DNA of 64,000 nucleotides from a virus: IMG/VR virus record IMGVR_UViG_3300042907_001596, positions 86,441 to 150,440 of that record; one strand, 5' to 3'. Shown piece by piece: positions 57,838 to 64,000 of this stretch (position 1 is its first letter; each line of letters starts with the position of its first letter). The notes under the pieces were generated by a model. It saw only the letters and a program-made list of their open reading frames with translations, ran no database searches and was not told where the DNA came from. The position numbers and the translations under genes were made by a program.

Positions 57838-58440
57838 ATGGCGACCACCACTGCACGGAAACAGCAGGACAAGAAGCTCACCCTGGCCGAACTGCGCAAG
57901 CACGACGGCACGCTGTACATCAAGAACAACACCCCGCATGTCCAGAGCTTCCACCAGAAGATCGGTGAGGGCACCGTCGACTTTGAGCTTTCCCCTACCG
58001 GCACCCCCGACTCCGTCGCCCACCTCCCCCGGCTGGCACTGGAGATGCGCGGCTTGCAGAAGCTGTGGCTGCGCGGCGCGGTGACCGTCTCCACCGACGA
58101 AGAGATGGAAGACCAGATCACCCTGCTGATCGGGCAATCCATCCAGGCGTCCGACGAGCAGATGGCCAGCCTGCGGGGCGAGGTCGTGGAGAGCAACACC
58201 GGCAAGGATCTGGTGGAGAAGGCATGCCTCCAGTGTGGGCAGGTCGACGCGCAGTCCGGCGTCGTCATTCGCGGCCGGGTATTCCAGTCGGCCCGCGACA
58301 TCAAAGAAGGCACCCCGCCTTTGTGCTCCGATCACGCCGGGATGACCGCGATGTTCCCCGGCACCCTAACCTCCGATGCTCAAGGCAACGAGGTCTGGAA
58401 GTTCAGCAGCGTCACCATCACCGCCCCCCGCAAGACATAA
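57838..58440 (+). CDS. late hypothetical protein with Cys/His motif
   Basis: Late motif, GAGGAGG RBS; CLQC...PPLC..H. Confidence 0.75.
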   Translation: MATTTARKQQDKKLTLAELRKHDGTLYIKNNTPHVQSFHQKIGEGTVDFELSPTGTPDSVAHLPRLALEMRGLQKLWLRGAVTVSTDEEMEDQITLLIGQSIQASDEQMASLRGEVVESNTGKDLVEKACLQCGQVDAQSGVVIRGRVFQSARDIKEGTPPLCSDHAGMTAMFPGTLTSDAQGNEVWKFSSVTITAPRKT

Positions 58441-58452
58441 GGAGTCACCCGC

Positions 58453-58713
58453 ATGACCGCACCCGCACCGCAGCCAGGATCGACCAACCCGTTCCTGCTG
58501 GCCTACCAGACCCGGCAGTTCGACACCGTCAACGTCGGCAACCCGACCTCCGTCGGTGGCCCCGAGAACCTCGTGTCCGACTACCTCGCTACGGTGCCTG
58601 CGGTCACCATCACCACCACGACCACCACTGGCGGCGTGACCACGACGGTGTCCAAAGAGTCCAGCATCCCGGCCGCAGCCCAGGCCGACTGGAACAAGTA
58701 CAAGAGGGCCTGA
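58453..58713 (+). CDS. small virion-type protein (YQTRQ motif)
   Basis: TAAGGAG RBS. Confidence 0.7.
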   Translation: MTAPAPQPGSTNPFLLAYQTRQFDTVNVGNPTSVGGPENLVSDYLATVPAVTITTTTTTGGVTTTVSKESSIPAAAQADWNKYKRA

Positions 58714-58716
58714 CGC

Positions 58717-58884
58717 ATGGCACTGAGCGTGGATCCTGGCGGTGCGTACTTCGTCGCCTCCTTCCAGAAGCGGCAGTTCGGGGTGGCCGGTGAGCGCGTC
58801 ACCTCCGCGCTGGCCAACGCCCCCGCCAAGATGACGGCAGCAGCCGCCAAAGCCATCACCAACAACAACCTTCCGCATCCCTAG
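58717..58884 (+). CDS. 55-aa protein (FQKRQ motif)
   Basis: Translated by hand: MALSVDPGGAYFVASFQKRQF...; GAGGG RBS. Confidence 0.65.
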   Translation: MALSVDPGGAYFVASFQKRQFGVAGERVTSALANAPAKMTAAAAKAITNNNLPHP

Positions 58885-58898
58885 AAAAGGAAAACGCC

Positions 58899-59204
58899 AT
58901 GACCGCTCCTTACTCGCAGACCGGCCCGGTTGTCACCGGCCTGTATCAGACCCGGCAGTCCAACGCCGGTGTCCCCGGTGGCCCGTCGGTGTTCGCCGCG
59001 CTGCACCAAGTGCAGTCGGCCGTCATCGGTGGCCAGACTCGCAGCGGTGCCACCGCCGAGGCGGGGTCAGCGACTCGCGCCCGCGCTAAAGGCGTCATCA
59101 ACGCCAACGGCCGGGGTGCCGTCAGCGGGGCGAAGCAGCGGACGCTCGCCGTCCGTAACGCAGACTTCCTGCGCGACTTCTACGACTCCGCGTCGATCAT
59201 CTAG
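58899..59204 (+). CDS. small virion-type protein (YQTRQ motif)
   Basis: AAAGGA RBS. Confidence 0.7.
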   Translation: MTAPYSQTGPVVTGLYQTRQSNAGVPGGPSVFAALHQVQSAVIGGQTRSGATAEAGSATRARAKGVINANGRGAVSGAKQRTLAVRNADFLRDFYDSASII

Positions 59205-59253
59205 CCGATCCCTCCTGCCCGCGTCAGGAGCAGGGCGCTAAGAGAGGGGTCGC

Positions 59254-60243
59254 ATGGCCATCAACTATCCCGCCGGGATAGACGTATTCTCCGTTCCGTC
59301 ACTGCCCGAAGAGACTTCCCTCTCTTCGGCCGGTGCGGGCGGCAACACCCGTAACCACACCCAGCTTCACGACGACATCAACAAAGCGGTCGTTGCGTTA
59401 CAGACGCACGCCGCCCAGAAGACCCACGACCACTCCGGCATCGACAACAACATCCACGGCCCCAAGCTCGCCCAAGCCAACACCCACCAGAGTGCCGACA
59501 CCGACTCCTCCCCCACCGCGATTCATCACACGCTAGGGCCGGGGGCGAACCAGGCCGCACCGGGCAATCACACCCACGACCAGACGGCTATCCCGCAGAA
59601 CTACCAGATCTGCACCTCCACCACCCGGCCCGCGCCGTGGCTGGGGATGCTGATCTTTGAGACGGACACCAACCAACTCAAGATCTGGGCTAAGCCGACC
59701 ACCCAAACCTCCCCGTCGTGGCACATTCTGTTCGGCGCTTCCGCCGCCGTCGCGCCGGACACCGCCGTGGCCTGCCGATTGCGCCAGGGCGTCAAGCAAA
59801 AGCTGGGGACGGGCGGAACGATCATCGAATGGCACGAAGAGCTTGAGGACACCCTCAACTACTTTAACCCGGCCAGCAGCCTGACCTCCATCGTCATCCG
59901 CAGGCCGGGACTGTATCAAGTCGACTGCGCTATCCAGTGGGATCCGCAGTTGGTGCCCGATGAAGCCCACGCGGTGCTGTGCATCAACGGCGTGGAAACC
60001 GCCGTCCGCTCCCAGGCGTACATGCGGGGCAACCTTTACACCCCGAACTTCTCCCAAACCCTGTCCCTCTCCGGCAAGCTGCGGTTCACCACCGACCAAG
60101 TCCTGACCGTCAAGGTCAGCTACACCGCGAACAACAACATCGTGGAGAAGGTCTTCAGCTTCGTGGAGGCTGCCGTCGACACGATCTTGGGGACGGGATC
60201 CCGCATCACCAGCCGCATCGACGTTGTGTATGTGGGGTCATAA
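59254..60243 (+). CDS. structural fibre/neck protein with C1q-like C-terminal domain
   Basis: YP.GID.F N-terminus, HHTLG.GANQAAPGNH.H, STTRP..G..IFETDT, PGLY.V. Confidence 0.7.
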   Translation: MAINYPAGIDVFSVPSLPEETSLSSAGAGGNTRNHTQLHDDINKAVVALQTHAAQKTHDHSGIDNNIHGPKLAQANTHQSADTDSSPTAIHHTLGPGANQAAPGNHTHDQTAIPQNYQICTSTTRPAPWLGMLIFETDTNQLKIWAKPTTQTSPSWHILFGASAAVAPDTAVACRLRQGVKQKLGTGGTIIEWHEELEDTLNYFNPASSLTSIVIRRPGLYQVDCAIQWDPQLVPDEAHAVLCINGVETAVRSQAYMRGNLYTPNFSQTLSLSGKLRFTTDQVLTVKVSYTANNNIVEKVFSFVEAAVDTILGTGSRITSRIDVVYVGS

Positions 60244-61226
60244 TGCCGATCACCAACCCCAGCGGCGTCGAGGTCTACAGCCCTAAAATCCGTGACCAGT
60301 CAATCGTCCGCAAGTTTTTGTCCCAAGGCGGGCGGGGCTATGTCGCAATCGACATCACCAACGGCGCGGTATCGGTGGAGCCGGACGCCAACAGCCTGAA
60401 CCTCCAGGTGTGGTTCAAAGATCCCGCCGCCCACCAGGGGGACGATCCTCGCGGCAGCCGGATCCTCAACATCCCGATGGCCCAGATCCATCGGGAAGAT
60501 GTCGGCAAATACGACTACGCCATCGGCCCGCCCAACACCTCTTACCGGGGCACCCTGACGGCCCAGTGGAGCTACACCGTCGGCGGCGTCGCCTTCACCT
60601 ACAACGACCACCTCCAGGTTCTCAACCCGATGCCGCTGTACGACTCGTGCAGCGAATCGGAGAAGTCCATCGTGGAGCAGGTCAGTTGGATGCTGGGCGA
60701 TATGTTCGACTCCACCGAAGGGGGGCCGTACCTCATCGAACCTTTCCAGACCCACTTCGACTACGAGCGCATCGCGCAAATGCAGAAAATGGCTGCCACC
60801 CGCATGGGGCTGACCGGATTCCCGATCCGCAACTGGAGCATCGGGCCGGGAGTGGAGCCAATCCCGCAGGACTTCGGTGGGCTGATGGTGCTGGGCACCT
60901 ACTACGAAGTCGTCCGGCATCTGGTGCGCAGCTACACCGAGATCCCCGCCCTCCAAGGCATGAACGTCACCTTCGCTGACCGGCGGGACTACTCCATGCG
61001 GTGGCAGCAGATCCTCTCCACCGAATGGCCGGAGTATGTGCAGATGGTCAAGATGGCTAAGCGCAAGCTCCTCAGCCTGGGCCGTGGCTCGCTGCTGGTG
61101 GCCGGAGGCATCTACGGCGGCGGGGCGACCGGTATCTTCAAGGCCGGAACCTACGCCGCGCAGGTGCGCTCCTGGCGGTTCTACCCGGCAGCCCCGGCCA
61201 TCTCGTGGGGGGCGACCCAGCACTGA
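60243..61226 (+). CDS. head-to-tail adaptor
   Basis: D.FDS.EGGP.L, LVRSY.E.P, DRRDY..RW; synteny before tail sheath. Confidence 0.68.
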   Translation: MPITNPSGVEVYSPKIRDQSIVRKFLSQGGRGYVAIDITNGAVSVEPDANSLNLQVWFKDPAAHQGDDPRGSRILNIPMAQIHREDVGKYDYAIGPPNTSYRGTLTAQWSYTVGGVAFTYNDHLQVLNPMPLYDSCSESEKSIVEQVSWMLGDMFDSTEGGPYLIEPFQTHFDYERIAQMQKMAATRMGLTGFPIRNWSIGPGVEPIPQDFGGLMVLGTYYEVVRHLVRSYTEIPALQGMNVTFADRRDYSMRWQQILSTEWPEYVQMVKMAKRKLLSLGRGSLLVAGGIYGGGATGIFKAGTYAAQVRSWRFYPAAPAISWGATQH

Positions 61227-62089
61227 TGGCGATCAAGCTCGTTGAAAACTATGCGGTCAGCATGGCCCGACATGACGTGCGCGACTCGCTCCAGATGCAC
61301 GGCGAACGGTGCATCGTGCTGGCGATGTACCACAACTACGCTGACAAAGAGGACTTCCCGGCCTGCCCGTACTGCACCGACGACGTGTACACCGGATCGG
61401 GGAAGCTCTGCACCGTCTGCTTCGGCACCTCCATCCAAGGCGGGGTCAAGCAGGCCGCGCTGGTGTGGGGGATGTTCACCGACGATGTCAAAGACGAGAA
61501 GGCCAGCAGTCGCGGCTTGTGGAAGACCGACGAGCGGGAGTTCCACACCCAGCACACGCCGCTGCTGGTGGAGCACGACTACGTCGTGCGCGTCCGACGG
61601 TGGAATGACGACTACACCCCCGCCGAGATCGAAGGGTATTACGGCATCAGGGCGGTGACCCAGAACAGCTTGCGCACCGGCGACCGCTTCGGCCAGACCA
61701 CCGCCGACATCGTCGGCCAGCGTGCCCAGATCAGTCGGGTGTCCGATGCCGTCGACATCGCGAAGTATCCGGTCATCGGCGTGAGCTTCAGTGCCGCCAC
61801 TGACGCCAACCCCACCCCGCTGCCGCCGCCGATCGTCGCCCCCAACAGCATGGTCGTCATCCCGCCGGTATCCACCGCGAAATACGCCTACACCATCGGG
61901 GATGGGGCGTCGACCACCATCACCATCAACCACATGCTGGGCACCAAAGAGCTTGTTGTCCAACTCTACGACGTAGCGTCCGGCGAGCAGGTCGACACCA
62001 ACGTCTACGCCAGCACCATCTCGTCGGTCACCCTGACCTTTCAGGATCCGCCGCCGACCGACTCGCTGCGGGCGGTGATCTTCGCATGA
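61226..62089 (+). CDS. head-to-tail stopper-like neck protein with CxxC pairs and extra C-terminal domain
   Basis: CPYC...CTVCFGT...GG; C-terminal NHMLG domain. Confidence 0.65.
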   Translation: MAIKLVENYAVSMARHDVRDSLQMHGERCIVLAMYHNYADKEDFPACPYCTDDVYTGSGKLCTVCFGTSIQGGVKQAALVWGMFTDDVKDEKASSRGLWKTDEREFHTQHTPLLVEHDYVVRVRRWNDDYTPAEIEGYYGIRAVTQNSLRTGDRFGQTTADIVGQRAQISRVSDAVDIAKYPVIGVSFSAATDANPTPLPPPIVAPNSMVVIPPVSTAKYAYTIGDGASTTITINHMLGTKELVVQLYDVASGEQVDTNVYASTISSVTLTFQDPPPTDSLRAVIFA

Positions 62090-62559
62090 CCCGCATCCCC
62101 GTCCCCGCCCCGATCTGCCAGCGCATTTCCGACAAAGCCGCCCAGTACGCCCGCGAAGACGTTGCCAGTCGCGGCTGGAGCAACCAGGCGATGGGTGCCC
62201 TCACCGCCTTCCCCGGCGACAGCAAAGTGGGGATCCGCACCAGCCTGAAGTATCTGATGCGCCAAAACGAAGGCTTCAAGCCGTTCATCATGTGGTGGGT
62301 CAACAAAAAGGGCGGGCCGATCCCGATCGGGTGCAAGCAAGGCGACGGCCCGCACTTCCGGCGCGGTGGGCAGGCCGGTCAGCCCGGTTACGTCGACATC
62401 CCCCACGTCGGCCGGAAATGGCGCGACCAAAAGTGGCGGCACCCCGGCCTGAAGCCGAAGAACTTCATGCAAGACGCCATCCTCAAAGCGATCGGTGAAG
62501 AAAAGATCAGCGTCCAGCGGGACATCATGTCGGCGCTGAAGGGCGAATACAGTGGCTAG
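62086..62559 (+). CDS. basic tail-completion/neck protein
   Basis: W.HPG..P..FM.DAI motif typical of neck/tail-completion genes. Confidence 0.65.
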   Translation: MTRIPVPAPICQRISDKAAQYAREDVASRGWSNQAMGALTAFPGDSKVGIRTSLKYLMRQNEGFKPFIMWWVNKKGGPIPIGCKQGDGPHFRRGGQAGQPGYVDIPHVGRKWRDQKWRHPGLKPKNFMQDAILKAIGEEKISVQRDIMSALKGEYSG

Positions 62560-63490
62560 TCAGACCGCTGCGGCCAGCCTTGCCGTCACCGCCACCTCCA
62601 GCCCCAGCCCCCAAGTCGGCCGCACCCTCAGCGCCAGCCTGGCCCTCTCCGCCAACCCACCCCAGACTGCGCTGTCGACGGGCCGGACGATCGCCGCCGC
62701 GCTGGCCACCACCGCCAGCCGGGACTCAGGGGTGCAGTGGGTAGCCAACCGGTTTGCTTCCAGCATCTTCTCCTCCGACTTCGATCAGCCCGAACCCGGC
62801 TCCGAAATGCCCGAAAACATCCCCGGCTCCGAAGGTGGGGTGATCGAAGCCGTGAAGCGGGCTGTGGTCATGGCACTTCGCGAAGCCCTGATCCGCACCA
62901 ACATCACCATCAACGGATCCCCGGTCTACGTCGACCTGGAGTATCCAATGAAGAAGGAGCAGTACCCCGGCATTTGGGTGCAGTTCTCCGTCGTCAAGCT
63001 CAATCGCGCCGGGATCTCCCACGAAGTGTGGGTGCAAGACGCCAACCTGAACTGGACGCCCATCCAAGAGTGGATGTTCAACGGCCGGGTGACCCTGACC
63101 ATCGTGGCCCTCAAGAGCTTGGAGCGCGACCGGATCGCGGATTCGATCATCAGTATGTTCGCCTTCAGCCGGACGCCGGAGTTGGTCATCACCCAGCCCA
63201 ACGCCAACACCAAGCAGTACCGGGCGCTGCTGACCGCGCTAGACCAGAACCCGTATGTGGCGATGACCCTCAATACCGACACCATCACCCCCGGCGGGCA
63301 AAGCGCCAGCATGGACGTTCCGTGGCAGCAAGATGTTTTGGCTTACGAAGACTCCTACAGCTTCGATTTGCTGGGCAACTTCAACATCAAGTTCACCCGC
63401 GACGGTGCCTACACCTTGTCGCGGGTCGACACCGCCCCGGTCATCGACTACGAAAGACTCAACCAGCCGTACTGGCCGAGGTCACTGTGA
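62552..63490 (+). CDS. tail terminator-like protein with N-terminal Ala/Thr repeats
   Basis: EYP....YP.IWVQF, I.AL.SLERD.I.D; immediately upstream of sheath. Confidence 0.65.
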   Translation: MASQTAAASLAVTATSSPSPQVGRTLSASLALSANPPQTALSTGRTIAAALATTASRDSGVQWVANRFASSIFSSDFDQPEPGSEMPENIPGSEGGVIEAVKRAVVMALREALIRTNITINGSPVYVDLEYPMKKEQYPGIWVQFSVVKLNRAGISHEVWVQDANLNWTPIQEWMFNGRVTLTIVALKSLERDRIADSIISMFAFSRTPELVITQPNANTKQYRALLTALDQNPYVAMTLNTDTITPGGQSASMDVPWQQDVLAYEDSYSFDLLGNFNIKFTRDGAYTLSRVDTAPVIDYERLNQPYWPRSL

Positions 63491-63554
63491 AAACCTGGGG
63501 TGGCCACCAGAAAGAGAGAGAAGGGGCCTGTTGTGACAATGGAAGAGGCGCACA

Positions 63555-64000
63555 ATGACTGAATCGTCAATCACTGACTTCAGCCGGTATCACCCTCCTG
63601 GCGTCTACACCAACCCGCAGCGCGGGCCGCAGTTGTCGGTCAACACGACGCTGCCGACCGCTGTGGCGCTGTTCGGGGCTTCCGTCGGCTACCGCACCAA
63701 CGTGGAGAGCGTCCAGATCGAAGCCGACACCCAGAACGGCACCGTCGCCACCCCGACCCGCGTCCTGGCTCACAGTGGCATCGTCACCGACTCCGACACC
63801 TCCAACTCCGCGCTCAACCCCGTCCCCTTCCTCGTCAAGCGGATCAGCACCGGGTACGTCTACCAGGAAGGTTCGGACTACGAAGTCGTGCTGGACAGCG
63901 GCACCGAAGGAACCGCGCAGGCGACCTACCGCATCAAGCGGATCATCGACGGCGACATCGCCGCCGGGGAGGTCATCCAGGTGTCCTACCGCTACACCGA
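63555..64000 (+). CDS. tail sheath protein (5' part, truncated by window)
   Basis: DFSRY.PPGVY N-terminus, VALFG...GY; late motif upstream; frame open to window end. Confidence 0.72.
   Translation, partial: MTESSITDFSRYHPPGVYTNPQRGPQLSVNTTLPTAVALFGASVGYRTNVESVQIEADTQNGTVATPTRVLAHSGIVTDSDTSNSALNPVPFLVKRISTGYVYQEGSDYEVVLDSGTEGTAQATYRIKRIIDGDIAAGEVIQVSYRYT

Overview
A 64-kb segment of a large, high-GC actinobacteriophage. Gene order and protein motifs resemble mycobacteriophage cluster C (Bxz1-like) myoviruses and their relatives; this is recognised from memory, not from a search. Nearly all genes are on the + strand. Order: small early-type genes; a secreted Rpf lytic transglycosylase plus a secreted peptidase; tail/neck fibre genes interrupted by a multi-enzyme protein (ADP-ribosyltransferase-like and GNAT domains); a zeta-toxin-like kinase; lysin A and holin; terminase; WhiB; an accessory island of small genes (18.5-25.4 kb); large modular head-associated proteins; portal; protease/scaffold; decoration protein and major capsid; fibre proteins; head-tail connectors; and the start of the tail sheath. 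The most notable signals are: (1) late-expressed polyproteins whose modules are delimited by recurring [R/K]-x-A motifs, a candidate protease-processed capsid cargo system carrying ART, GNAT, zeta kinase, LysM and peptidase modules; (2) six exact GGAATA-N16-CGTT ECF-sigma (SigH/SigE-like) promoters ahead of accessory genes, and a separate CCTGT...AAG motif ahead of virion genes; (3) a phage Rpf plus peptidase pair. No tRNA, CRISPR array, integrase or transposase was recognised.
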